From positions 5,766,001 to 5,830,000 of the forward strand of contig OZ218952.1 in assembly GCA_965112735.1 (NCBI GenBank): 64,000 nucleotides of DNA, read 5' to 3'. This stretch comes from Phaeosaccion multiseriatum. Its lineage: Eukaryota > Protista > Ochrophyta, other classes. A model generated the notes under the pieces. That model saw nothing but the letters and a program-made list of their open reading frames with translations, was not told the DNA's origin and did not search any database. This document shows positions 50,540 to 63,175 of this stretch, piece after piece. A program made the position numbers and the translations under genes. The first letter of the stretch is position 1, and each line of letters opens with the position of its first letter.

Positions 50540-53500
50540 CTCTGCCCCGGTTCCCTTGATCAATAAGACAGGCGCAATCCCGTCGCTAATGGCCTCCACA
50601 TAGCCGAGCAGGTCGATGGCGTTGGTTTTCGGCTGAAGAGGCAGATTTGTCACGACGAGCTTGGCTTTGCTGCTGTACTGCAAGATAGACCTGTGATGCC
50701 GTTTGGAAAACAATGTACAGCCAGGGCGTCAACAAAGACTGAGTCATCCTTTTCACCACTCTCTTACGCTTTTGCTTGCTTGGGTAAGAGTACGAATCTG
50801 AGGTTGGTCTCCCACTTTGCCCCACCTCCCCCCTCTCCCTCCCTCGCTCCTTCCCACCCGCCATCCCTCCCTCTCTGTCTCTCCTTCCTCCCTCATACCG
50901 GGCAGGCAGGCAGGGCTGCAGCACGCACCTATTGAGGAGGAAGGCCGTCCGCATGACGTCCTCCTCTTGCCCAGCTCGGTCCTGACTCATGTCTGCCGTG
51001 GCTGGGTGCGGAGTCTCCTCTGACTCCAGCTCCTGAGACACATGAACGGACAAGACATAAGGAGAGAAGGGAGGCAAAAGTGAATCACTCGTACGCACGA
51101 CACACCCGGTTCAGGTGCCAGGTATCCGATAAATCTCTCGTGCTCTTCCTTCCTTGCTCTCTACTGTCCTGTCTGTACCTCTGGCTCGGTCTGAGATCTG
51201 CCCTCGATGATGGAGTTGACCACCACGCACTTGTCCCTGAAATTGTGCGCGCCTGTTCGACTGTCGGAGTTCAAAGACAGCTGCGCCACACCGGCGTTCT
51301 TGGCGTGGTCCTGCAGCGGCAGCAGTTGGTGATAAGAGCAGCAGAGTAGCAGACGACGGGAGTGACGGGCGTGAGACAACTCAAGAGACGAGCGGTCCTT
51401 CCTTTAGGCGAGAGATGGAACCTACCTGCTGCGCTCGATCCTCCATGGCTCTACGGTACAGCTCGTCGTTGAAAGACGTGTCCCTGAGGTCGATGGCGCG
51501 CACGGACGCCTTGATGCGCACCTGCTCCAGGTACTCCTGCACGTCCCTCTCCACCTGACTGGGCACGTCGCTGCCGTCCATCACCACGCTGAACAGGCGG
51601 ATGGAGCAGCGCTAGAGAGAGAGAGGAGGGGGAGGGGGGAGAACGATAAGGCCTTTGGCCAGGGAGACGCGATTGGAGACAAAAGGCCGTGTTCCGCCTC
51701 GTGGAAGTAGTCACGATACGAACGATACTATCGCACCTTCCATGTGCGGTGCAGGGTAAGGAGGTAGGGCACCAGCAGGAGGAGCCCGCCGTCGTGCGCC
51801 ACCCACCAAATGTCGATGGTGTTCCCTCTGCGGTGCGGGCAAAAAGCATCACATCACAGCAGGAGCAGCACTTGTGAGCCTTAGGGCCAAGCCACACAGC
51901 CGAGTGTAGGCTGTAGGCTCCCATGCAAGGCAAAGCAAGGCAGTGCAAGGCCAAGGCACACCGACCAACCTCAAGAGCGCCTCGAAGCCGGAGGGGAGCT
52001 TTTTGTTGCCCTTGAGCACCATGACGGCTTTCTGGGCATTGACGGCGCCACGCAGCATGCTGACAAACTGTGTGTGCACACAAGACAAGAGATAACCTTG
52101 AGGGCCAAGCGCAGGGGAGGCGAGAGAGTGGATTCAATACTCTATCACATCATACCTTGGTACCCTTTTCGAAGTTCTTGCTCCAGTCCTCTGGCCACCC
52201 AAAGAGGACCGTGTTTGGCTGCATCGTGCCAATGCCGGTGTGGTGCATGACTGTGACTGCGCTCTCCACGACGTTCTGACAGATGGACACTTTGCTGAAG
52301 CCGTCAATGCTCTCATCCACCAAGTGCACGTTCAGCACCCGCTGTGCTTCCTTCTGCTCGTTGGCAAGTGGCACGGCAGGGCATGGCACAAGCAAGTAAG
52401 CAAGTATGGATGGATGCGTTACTTGTGGGGGGAGGAAGGCTCGTCAGGGCCCTCCACACGCACGCACGCTCGCAGGGCCTTCCGTCCGCGCCTCTTACTC
52501 ACACTCGCCGCCAATAGGGGCTCTCTTCCAGCACCACCCAAACCTCCTGCTTCTCGTCATCATCACCACTCGTCTTTCTCTGGAGCCTCCTCACGTACCG
52601 CCTTGACAGTGTCTTCGATAATGTCTCCAGGCATGAGCGCAATGGCCATCAACAGGCCTCGCCCCATCTTCATTTGTCCGGCGAGCGTCAAGAGCTCCGG
52701 CACCGTCGGGTTGCCCTTCTCGTCCACCTTTCACAAGAGAGAACGAGGAGGGAAAGAGAACTGAATTTTCCGCTCTTTACGCACTCCCACCCCCAACACC
52801 AGCCTCTTCTTACTTTGCAAAAGACAAGGAGCTGGGGCCGCCAATTCTTGGGGTGCATTTCTCGGTACGAGAGACTCAGCAGCATGTCTCTTGCCAGCTG
52901 AAAGCGGAAGCCCACGAGCGTGTCTCCCCAGTCCCGTGTTGCGTTGTTGTACTTGACGTAGAAGAGCAGCGTGAAGGCCAGGAAAATGGCAATCACGGCC
53001 ATCTGAAAGAGACAGGGAGGAAAACAAACAGCAAAACTGCCCGTTACGCGTCGCCCTTGCTGCTGCTGCCAGATACAAGGCTGGAGAAGCAAACAACTCA
53101 CTTAAGTCACTGACTCAAAACACACTTAATCAAAACACTTGCCTTCCAAGAGATGATGAGCATGATGGCCACACACATGAGGCAGCCCAAAAGGGCAGTG
53201 TGCCAGCTGTAGTACTTCCACTCAGGCCGGAAGCCCGGAGACTGCCCAGGCAAGGCGAAGGAGTCAAACACGGGGGGGGGGGGGGGGGGGGGTAGCCGGG
53301 GCGGGACGTGACTACGGGCCCGGCAGAGCAAAGTACAGCAAAGCAAGCCACAGCAAGCCTTCTTTCCCTTGACATCCATACCTGAAGAATGCTCAGCACG
53401 AAGCAGCTAAAGTTGATGGCTCCATACATGAGCAGAAAGAACATAGTAACGACAGGGGAGATGTAGTCCAGATTACCCGCCAGGCACGGGATTGATGCGA

Positions 53501-55936
53501 GGATCCACGTCAACACCACCGCACGACTCGGCTCCTGTACAGAGGGAGAGGAGAGGGGGGGGGGGCGTGAATCACCGTCAAGAGAGGCGCGTGGGAGCGG
53601 GGAGGGAGTGGAGGCATGCATACGAACCTTATCCGGGGGAGGGGCGAAGTGGACTAGGAAAGGAATCGTCCGGTCGTTGGCGATGGCCGCAAGGAGGCGA
53701 GAGGCGCCCACGATACACTGAGGGGGGACAGGAAGATGGCACAAGCACAAGCAAGGGTTCCGCGCGAGTCAATGAGGGACGGGGCCAGCGGTAAGGGGCA
53801 CGAAGACGACCCCATGAGACACCCACCCACCCACCCACCCACGCACCTGCATGGCGGCCCCGCAGGAGGAGAAGACGATGCCGAGGCTCACAAGGTACTG
53901 CGTAGGCCACGCAACCTTCGCCGCCACGAGCTTGTCGTCAATCAACGTTTCGTGGCTCATGCTGCGTTGGGAATCCGAAGAGAGGCCAAGCACATTTAGA
54001 GTGACTGTGACCCCTCTCGAAACAGGGGAGAGGGATAGGAGAGAACAGATAAAAGGGGATTGGTCCAACCCCTCTTCTCACCTGGACCCAAAGAGAAGTG
54101 TGAATAGCACGTACAACATGGTAGTAAACGCAATGGCGTTGAGCGTCCCCTGTGTAGCAAAGGAGGCGGCGGGGCGGCAAAGTGAGGGGAGGGTGTGTGG
54201 GGGAATCGAATCGAGACTTGACCGCAGTAGTCGTACCGTCGGGATGCTCTTCCCCGGCGTTGCTAAGGCTGCCGAGCGATTGCACCCTGCCATGATGCCC
54301 GTGGCCGATGGGAAGAACAAGGCCTGGTCCCGCAGGAAAGCGAAGGGGGAGAGCACCATCCGTCAGCAAAGACTGTCGTGCCCACTCTTCCTTTGAGAAG
54401 AGACCCGCTTACTTACCAGCAGAGAGAAGAACGTCGGGGTGATGCCCGTATCCGGGTCCTCCGTGAAGTGCGGCTTGATGGAGTCGAAGGCGTCTCGGTC
54501 CTCGGAAGAGAGCCCTCCGTTGTACTGACCCGCAGCGAAGAGCAGCACGCCGACAATGATACTAACATAGACGGAGAGAGACAGAGAGAGAGAGGGAGGT
54601 TTGTGTTGTTCGTGCCTACCTCGCAAAAAGCTCTCCCGGGCCAACCAACCTTGCAATGGAGAAGAAGACCATGCCCAGAAACACTGTGGATGAAGCATCC
54701 ACTACTCGCCCCCCCACGCCCACCGTGCCCGAGAGCAGGGCCATGAACACGAGAGCGAGCACTTGTTGGCTGCCGGGCCACGAGCCCACAGAAAACGTGG
54801 AGGATATCGTCTCCACTGCCCCCAATACGTAAATGCTGCAATTGGCGGGAGCAGGTGGAGAGAAGGGGGAGGGGGTTAGAAGAATTCCTGCCCTCCCTCC
54901 TGAGAGCTCTGCTGTGCCGCGTGTACCTCTACCCTACACACCTGGCCGCCATGGTGGTACCCAGATAGAACAGAGTTCCAATGGCCCCACCAATCTCCAC
55001 CCCCAGGTTTCTTGATATCATGTAGTAGGGTCCGCCCGCCTGGCACAGGGGAAAGTGAGAGGGCCAACAATGAGCTACGCACTCGCCTCGCATCGCCTGG
55101 CCTTGCACCCTTCTCCTCTCTCCTCTCTGCTCCCACCCCCCCACCTGGACTGTTCCATTCGTCGCAATAGCGCTCATGCTCAATGTCGTCAGCAAGGTTG
55201 TGAGTTTGGACAGAAATATAATAAGCATGGTCAAGCCTGCGCCCTGTGCGACAAGAGTGGAGGCACGACAGGGTTGGGGTTTGAGTGAGGCTTGATGCAT
55301 CTCGTTGTGGCAATGGAACAGAGAGGGGACTCTGACGCACCGCCTCCCCCGTGATGAATGGCAGCCGGATGAAGAGGATCACGCCCATGATGTTCTGCAC
55401 GCACGGCAAGAACACACCCTGGGAGTTGGGGGCAGGGGACGGACGGGGCACGGCGCAGGCTGTGAGAAGAGGAAGCTCACTCTTCTTCCTTCCCACTATT
55501 TCGGGTTTCGCAAGCAAGAGCGCCAGCATACCTTCAGCGTGTTCATCTTTTGGACGCTGGCTCCGGCACGGGCCGCCTTCGCGGCAGCCTCCTTGTTCTT
55601 GGCACTCATCACGTATTCCCCGGGCACGATGGACGTGTCCTCCACCCAAGGGGCCTGCAGAGTGGAAACGGTGCTCGTGAGCTTCGAGCACACAGCGCAG
55701 GCAGGGCAGAGGGAACACCTAATCCCTTCCCTCTCGTCATCAGGTCGTTGTTGATTCCACCGTACCTCTGCCGTCCCGCCCGCGGGCGAAAATGGTATCA
55801 TCTCGATGTCCTGCAGCTTCTCCTCCCCCATTGGTGTTTGCCGTGGGTTTTCAGTCCATTCGAACCTCGGTCTGGGCTGGCCGTCGCTGCCCCCGCTATT
55901 CAGCATGATGGCTTCCCGGCGACGACTCTCGATCAT
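50384..55936 (-). CDS. Cation-chloride cotransporter (SLC12/CCC, KCC-like), multi-exon
   Basis: Motifs [92 protein letters not shown] and a C-terminal EVVTTYG*. Confidence 0.93.
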
Positions 55937-56187
55937 CGACTCTCACACTACTTTCGCTCTAACACCGGACTTCCACGCTACCGGATGCGGAGCACTCACT
56001 CCGCACTCACTCCCCTTGTCTTTCTTTGGGCGATTTTCCCATCATATCCCCTATGCATCTCCTTTCTTTCTCTGTCTTTCCTTGCTTCTCCTTATATACG
56101 GAGTTGTGTTCACTCTCATCGTATGTCAATTGGCCCAAGCACAGGCAGCGGTAACCTCCCTCCCCTGAGAAGTCAGAAATTAATAAC

Positions 56188-57842
56188 ATGTCCCACTCTA
56201 TGGACGCTGCGCTGCAGCAGGAGATCAGAGCCTTGCCCGGAAATACCAAGTGTGCCGAGTGCAACGCGGCCAACCCCCAGTGGGCTTCGGTGCGTGTTGA
56301 CCCCTCTGTTTTGTCTCTCTTGATCTCTCCCGCGCGCTGTCGCTCTCTGACGCGCCACCTCTCTCTCCCTCCCCCCCGCCCAATCTCCCTCTCCTCCCCT
56401 CCTCTCTCGCTCCCTCTCTGTCTCTCCCTCTCCGCCCTCTCCGACCCCCCCTCCTCTATCGTTCTCTCTGTCTGTCTCCCTCTGTCTGTTCCGCACAGGT
56501 CACGTATGGAAGTGTCTTTTGTCTCGACTGCTCAGGTAAGAGAAGAGAAGGCGAGAGGGATGAACGAGTCAGGCAAGCCGCGCCTCTATGGTTATATACC
56601 GATCACTCCCCCCTCTCCTCTCTGAAACCAACCCAACCAACAGGAAAGCATCGCTCGCTCGGGGTGCACCTCTCATTTGTGCGCAGTATTACGATGGACT
56701 CGTGGTCTGACAAGCAAATTCAGATGATGCGCCTTGGAGGCAATGCAGCATTGCTGGAGTGGTTTGCAGAGCACGACATCTCCATGACCGAGTCAATATC
56801 CCAAAAGTATAACAGCGCTGCTGCTGAGTTGTACCGAGATCGCTTGGTGGCCAAAGTGGAGGGTAAGCCTCTCCCGACTGTGCTGCCAGAGCGGAAGCCT
56901 GCCAGCTCTGCAGGAGCTGGGGACTCTGCAACGATGGAACGCATGGTGGGAGAGTCAGACGAACAGTACATTGCCCGACAGACGTGCTTAAAGGAGCAAG
57001 CGGCGGAAAGGATGAGACAAAAGTTTGGGGGGGGTGGGGGGCGCATGCAGGGCCTTGGCAGCGATTCATCTTACGACCCCAGTCGAGGGTATGGTGGTGG
57101 AGGAGGAGGTGGTGGTGGAGGGGATTCTTCGGGCTTGGGTGAGGTGGGGCAAAAGTCCATCAAGCTTTTGGGCAACGCGTTCAGCTCCTTGGCAACAGGA
57201 GTGCAGGCAGTAGCGGAGGGGACCAGGCAGACGCTGCAGGACGAGCAGCTCGGGGCGAAAGTGTCCAACGGTTTCACGTCTATTACAGGCAAGCTCAAGG
57301 ATCCCAACCTAACGAATGACCTGCGCAAGGGGGCAAGTAACACATGGGGTTTTGCCGCCTCAATGTGGACTAAGGCCCAGGATGCAGCCCTGGGGAAGGA
57401 GGAAGATCTCAGTCTATACAAGGCTGACGCTGTGGACAGGCCTTTGCAGTCCACACAGAAATACGAAGGCTTCGGCGGCGGGATGGATGGTGGCGGTGGC
57501 GGTGCTGATGCAGCAGACAGAGGGAGAGACGCGGGGCAAAGTCAGTGGCCGTCTTCAGGCGCTTCAGCAGACAGTTATCAGAGCAGCCAAAACGGCAATG
57601 GAGGCTACAGAGTCCCAAGCGCACATTCCCCGCCAGACAGATACGACGCTCAGCCGCGCAGTCCGACACCCCCTTACTCTCCACAGACGCACTCCCTCGC
57701 CCAGCAATTGCCTTCGCCCCCGCGGACGGTTCACCCTCCGGCTTCGCGACAAAAAGGAGGGGGAAAGGCGTGCAACAGCAGCACCAGCGCCAAGGGAGGA
57801 GAGGACGACTTCTTTGCTTCATTTGGTGTCGACGACAAATAA
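56188..57842 (+). CDS. ADP-ribosylation factor GTPase-activating protein (ArfGAP1/Gcs1-like), 3 exons
   Basis: [50 protein letters not shown] (CxxC-x16-CxxC zinc finger plus catalytic Arg). C-terminal DDFFASFG. Confidence 0.93.
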
Positions 57843-57885
57843 TTATGATCCATCACGTTTGTGAACTCTCTCCCCTTGTCTCATA

Positions 57886-59231
57886 TCAGGGGGCACCACT
57901 ACCTGTCTGGTCCTTCCTCGCTAGTTTGTCTGCCAGTGAAAGGCCCTTTGAAGCCCAAGGAGCGGCAGCTGCCGCGGGTTTCTCGGCGACCGCAGCCTTC
58001 GCTGGGTCACTCGCAGGCGAACTCGCCGATACAGAAGGCTCCTCGGCCTCTGCAGTCGAAGGAGTGTTCTTCTTCGAGACCTCCCAGCCTCTTGGTCGCG
58101 CTGCTGCTACTGCTGCTGCTGGTACTGCTGCTGCTGCTCCTGCTGCCGCTACTGGGGCCTTTGCTACTGGGCCCTTTCCTACCGGGGCCTGCTTGGTGCT
58201 GCCACTCGCGACGGGCTGCTGACCCTGCCCCTGGCCGTCTCCTGCTGCTGCTGCCCCCCTCTTTCTCCCGTTCATCGGGCCGCCCTCCTTCGTGCTCGGC
58301 ACTGTCTTGCCTCCCTTTCTTGAAGAACTCGAAGAGGGCTTGTCTACCGCTGCTGAAGCTGTCTTCCCCTCTCCCTTTGGTGGTTCAGTGGGCGTACGAG
58401 AAGGCTTCAGCAGCGCCGCTGCGTATCCCCCAATTGCTTTCTTCGGCCCCTTGGAGTCGCTGCCTGCTTCTGACTTCGCCACATCACCCGTCTTCTTTGC
58501 CCCCCCCTGTGCGTCTGTGTGCCCGTCACACATATAGTTCCCCCAATTGTCTACTGCACCAGGAATGATGCCCTCTCGATGCACCGGCCGCCCCTTCCGC
58601 AGCTGCTCGCGAACGTCGTCAATACTCACCGAGCGTTGCCTCTGCAGGAGGTCGGTGTTCACCTCTCGATCGTAAATCATCTCATGCTTTCCCAACTCCA
58701 CTCCGGGAACACCCTCGCCCACATCCTCCTTGGTCATCGCTCGCACCACTTCCATCACATCATCTGCACTGTAGCGAATGAAGGGCTTTTGATACCCCAC
58801 AGGAATCACTCCAGCGGTGGTGCTGTCACTAGTTGAGCCCTCGCCCTTCCCCTCGCCGTTCTTGTCCTCCTCGACGGCCCTCTGCTGCTGCTGTGGCGGC
58901 TCCTGAGTCGTGTCAGAAGGACCAACTCCCTCCTCACCACCAGGAAGGGGAGGGAAATTGGCTGCCGTCAACAACGGACGCCCATGCGAAGATGCCTGTC
59001 TCTTGCTTCCATCACCCTTTGCCTCGCCTCCAGCACCTGCTGCCGCCGCCTTTGCTGCAGGCCCGCCTTCCTTTTCACCGACTCTCTTTTCCACCTTCCC
59101 TTTGCCCTTCGCAGGCTTATCGCCCTTCAACCCCCCTTTCTCTACACCGCTAGCTTTCCCTTTATCCTGTTTTCGGGCCCCACTTTGAGGCTGAGCATGC
59201 GGCGGTATCCCGCTCGCGTACTGAGCTTGCG

Positions 59232-59264
<33 letters not shown>

Positions 59265-60258
59265 TGTATTGGTGATGAAGAGGAGGAGGAGGATGGGCGT
59301 TGAGTTGTTCCTGCGTGCCCCCCGCATGCTGATGGTAAGGCTGTCCCCCTTGCAGCTGTTGTCGAGTGCTATAGGAGCCTTTTGCGCCACCGGGGGGCGC
59401 CACGAAACCCCCACCGCCCCCCCCGCCACCCCGGATGCTGCCCATTCCCCGTGCTTCAAAGGCGGTGCTCCCATGAGGAACAGCCGCATGCCCTCCTCCA
59501 CCCCTTCCTGCACCGGCCCCGACGGTGCCGGCAGCGTACTTGGGAGGCATGCCCACTGTAGGAAACGCATAGTGGCCGCCTCCTCCTCCCAGAGAAGCAG
59601 GTCCGTAGTTCGTAGTGGGCGGCGCTGCTATCCCACCTGGCATACTGCCGCCCGAGCCTGGTACCAATGGGTGACCAGTAAACCCGTGAGGAAACGGGGC
59701 ACTATCTGCCGCACTTGGAACCGGGAAAAAACTTCTAAGGATATTCTCCGTCTTGAGGCGCGCTTTAATGTTAGCCCCGTTGAAAGTCTTGCTGCGGAGA
59801 GCCAGAATCTCCTTCATTGCGTCCTCTTCAGACGCGAATGTGACAAAAAAAGTGTCTCCCACATCGCTTCTAATGCTCAGGGGCTTGGCGTGCTCCACGT
59901 CTCCTCCAGTGAAGATTTCAGCCACCTTTTCTTGCGGGGTGTCGCTCGGAATCTCCCGCAAAATGACACAACACCGTTCGCTCCGAATGTTCGGCTTAAT
60001 GCCTTCAGGAGTCAAAGTCACCAGGGTGCTGTCTGCCACGCTCTCTCTAATCAAGGCCTCGTCAGTTGTCAGTGCCTTCACCTTGGCGAATTGGGCCACC
60101 ACTTTCAAAGGAACGGCCATTTGGGAGGTCATTTGGCTCACAAGGAAGCCGTCCTGCTGCAAGTTCTGCTTTGAGAAGTAAAACTCAATCTCCTTGCGGA
60201 CAGCAGCGCCGACAGACTGCTCCTCCTTCTCCACCACGTCGCCGCCATTCCCGGACAT
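57886..60258 (-). CDS. La-related protein (LARP4-like): La motif, RRM and low-complexity tail
   Basis: La motif KEIEFYFSKQNLQQDGFLVSQM. RRM CVILREIPSDTPQEKV...FVTFASEEDA...IKARLK. PAM2-like LLTAANFPPL. The first plausible ATG (MSGNGG) is at 60258. Confidence 0.85.
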
Positions 60259-60844
60259 GTCTGCCCCGCGAGTGGCCCTCCTCCCGAACGCGAACGAGCC
60301 GCTCTTCCCCCAAGCAGGACAGAGGACTACACAACCCCCGAGGAGCCCAAGAACCAGCCGCGCCAAAAGCAAGCACGGCGTACCAACAGCCTCTAATACC
60401 CGCTCTGTGGATGAAGGCGAGTCAACGGGCGAAAATGAGTGGGATAGACAGGGTAGGGAAAGGAAATGAGCATCATATGAGAGACCAGGTGAAAACAAGA
60501 ACGAGGAGGGAGCCAGGGAGCCAGGGAGAAGAGAAAGGGAGAGCAAGAAGATGAAAGGACAGCACGGAGATATGAGTGGCGGACGGGCATTGGGCGAAAG
60601 CAGAGCAGGGGAGAGAAGCGGGAAAGAGGAAGAGGCCTGCAGGGGGCAGGGACTCTTTTACTTACTGCTGATGCTCCGTACTGGGCCTCCTCCAACTGCT
60701 GAGGCAAAAAATCTTAAGGACGAGCCATCCCTTTAAGGGGGCGGAAACCATCAACCCAGGGGGGTGCGTTGGTGTAACGTTCACGTTTTTTCCTTTTTCT
60801 CCTCCTCGGCTTTCCTGTTGTCTTCTACGGAGCTGTGGCGCACC

Positions 60845-62718
60845 ATGTCGATGCCCTCGTATGGTTCAACCTACCAGCAAGCGCGCGTGAGTCGGGAAGG
60901 CTTTGCGGAGCTGGGGGATGGCGAATCAGGACCGCGAGAGGGGCTGCTTCGGCGGCACGGGGAGGAGACAACGAAGGGCAATTGGTCACGGCAAGTTCGG
61001 AAAGCAGCAGCGTTGCTCGGAACTGGCGCTGTGCTTGGGGTGGTTTTCTTCTCTGCGATGGCCAGTAGTGACAGCAATGGCTCCGCGCGGATTCACTCAC
61101 TCTCCGTACGCCTTCCCAAGCCACTGGGGCTCAACGCGGTGCTCGACGACCGCATTGAGGAGTACAGTAGCCAGAAGGTGCGTGGCGGGCCCTGGCTCCA
61201 CGCCTGGCGCCTGCTTGAGCTGATCGCTATGATCTTTTTGCTTGCTTTGGACTGCTTGACCTGCTCTGTAGGTGTTGTTCACTGGGCTCTCTGAAGAGGA
61301 CCAGAAGGGGCTATTCGATCAGTTCAAGAAGGATCACCAGAAGGTGAGAGGGAAAGTGTTGTGCGCACAACAAGAGACGCCCAGCTTAGCAGCACACATC
61401 TCCTTTAGGTATACACTTCACCAGACGACGAAGCGGGGCGGCTCGAAACGTTCAAGGCGAACCTGGCGCTCATCGACAGCCTGAACGCCGCCAACCCCCT
61501 GGCGCTGTATGCCATCACAAAGTACACCGATTACACTGAAGACGAGAAGAAGAAGATGAGGGTAAGCCAGGGGAGAGAAGTTCTTGTCTTGGTTGAAAGA
61601 TATCGTCATTTCATCCCATACCGAACCGTGCTTCTCGCCGCTGCAGGCCCAAGGGGAGTATGCTGACTACGAGACCATGAAGGCTCGGTTACCGGAAGGC
61701 CTGATAGAAGGGGCTCCCAAGGCCCAGTCTTCTAAAGGGTCGAAGGCATCGAAGGGCCGAACGGCAACACACGAACTGGGCGAAGTAGGGTGGGCCACGG
61801 AGGATGACTGTGCGGCTTGTGAGCAGTTCCCAGGCTTTAGGTTTTACAACGCAGAAAACATGCCGACAGATTTCGACTGGCGGGCGCTGGGTGCAGTAAC
61901 GGAGGTTAAGAATCAAAAGTACTGTGGGAGCTGCTGGACCTTCTCCACGACGGGAGACGTTGAAGGCACGCACTTTCTCGCCACTGGAGATCTCACCTCG
62001 CTGTCGGAGCAGCAGCTGGTGGCATGTGACGCGAATGTAGGGTACTGTGAAGGGTACGTGGCCACAGGGGCATTCATCCCTCATGTTCCTCAGCGCCGAT
62101 GCCTCATTTATTCTCTTTTGATCCGTCTTCTCTCTTGTCAGGTGCAACGGCGGGTACCCCTACGCAGCAATGGATTACGTTACGCAGTTCGGCGGACTGG
62201 TTTCTGATGATGCGTACCCGTACAAGGGCATCTGCGCTTGGGATGCCTGTGGGGGTGGGCTAGCGGGCACACCTACTTGCGACAAGGAGGTGCTCAATAC
62301 CGAACTGGAGAGCAAGGCGATTGCGCACATTGGGGGCTGGCAAATGGTGGCACTGGGGGCTGAGTATGAGGATTCTATGGCGCTCGTGATGCTGAAGAAT
62401 GGTCCGCTGTCCGTTGCCTTCAACGCTCATGGACAGGAATACTATGTTCATGGGGTTACAGGCTGCCCCTCCACCCAATACCCAGAGTACTGCCAGGCGG
62501 GATCCATCGATCAAGGCGTTACGTGCGACCCAACATACCTCGACCACGCCGTCCTTCTGGTAGGGTACGGGGTGCAGGACGGAGTCGACTATTGGCTTAT
62601 CAAGAACAGCTGGGGCACTGAGTGGGGAGACGGGGGCTACTACCGACAAATTAGGGGCGAGAACTTTTGCGGTGTTGCAAACATGGTTGTACACTCCGTG
62701 GTAAAGGACGTTAGATGA
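60845..62718 (+). CDS. Papain-family (C1A) cysteine protease with I29 prodomain and N-terminal type II membrane anchor, multi-exon
   Basis: Motifs FDWRALGAVTEVKNQKYCGSCWTFS, SLSEQQLVACD, GCNGG, LDHAVLLVGYG and YWLIKNSWG. ERFNIN-like prodomain helix. Internal TM segment AAALLGTGAVLGVVFFSAMA. Confidence 0.93.
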
Positions 62719-62726
62719 TGACGGGT

Positions 62727-62728
<2 letters not shown>

Positions 62729-62758
<30 letters not shown>
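62729..62758. repeat. (GT)n microsatellite downstream of the protease stop codon
   Basis: About 15 GT units, read directly. Confidence 0.9.
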
Positions 62759-62762
<4 letters not shown>

Positions 62763-63175
62763 ATACCAGCTTGTGGATCATCGACAGTCGATCGATATCA
62801 GCTTGTAGGCCGACAGCTTCAGATTCCAGAAGCTTGTCGTTGGGCCGAGTGTATGTGATGTTCGCGAGTGCAGAAATAGCCTTAGCAACGTCCACTTCCG
62901 CCCGATGGAAAACGCCCGCACGCTTGCACGTGCCGGTCTCTCCTTAGTAGGCATCGAGATTCAGACTAGTACATTAACGTTACTTCACACTCCCGGTCTC
63001 ACCAGACATGGAGAGAGGGAGCCCTACGACAAGATAGAGAACATGACTGCAACCAACCACCCAAGGGTGGGCCTGTTAACTATACATAGGACATCGGTCT
63101 CACAGCACACCCCAATGAGACACACAGTACCTTCTCGGGCGGGCAAAGGGTTCCCAATGCAATGCCCATCCACAA

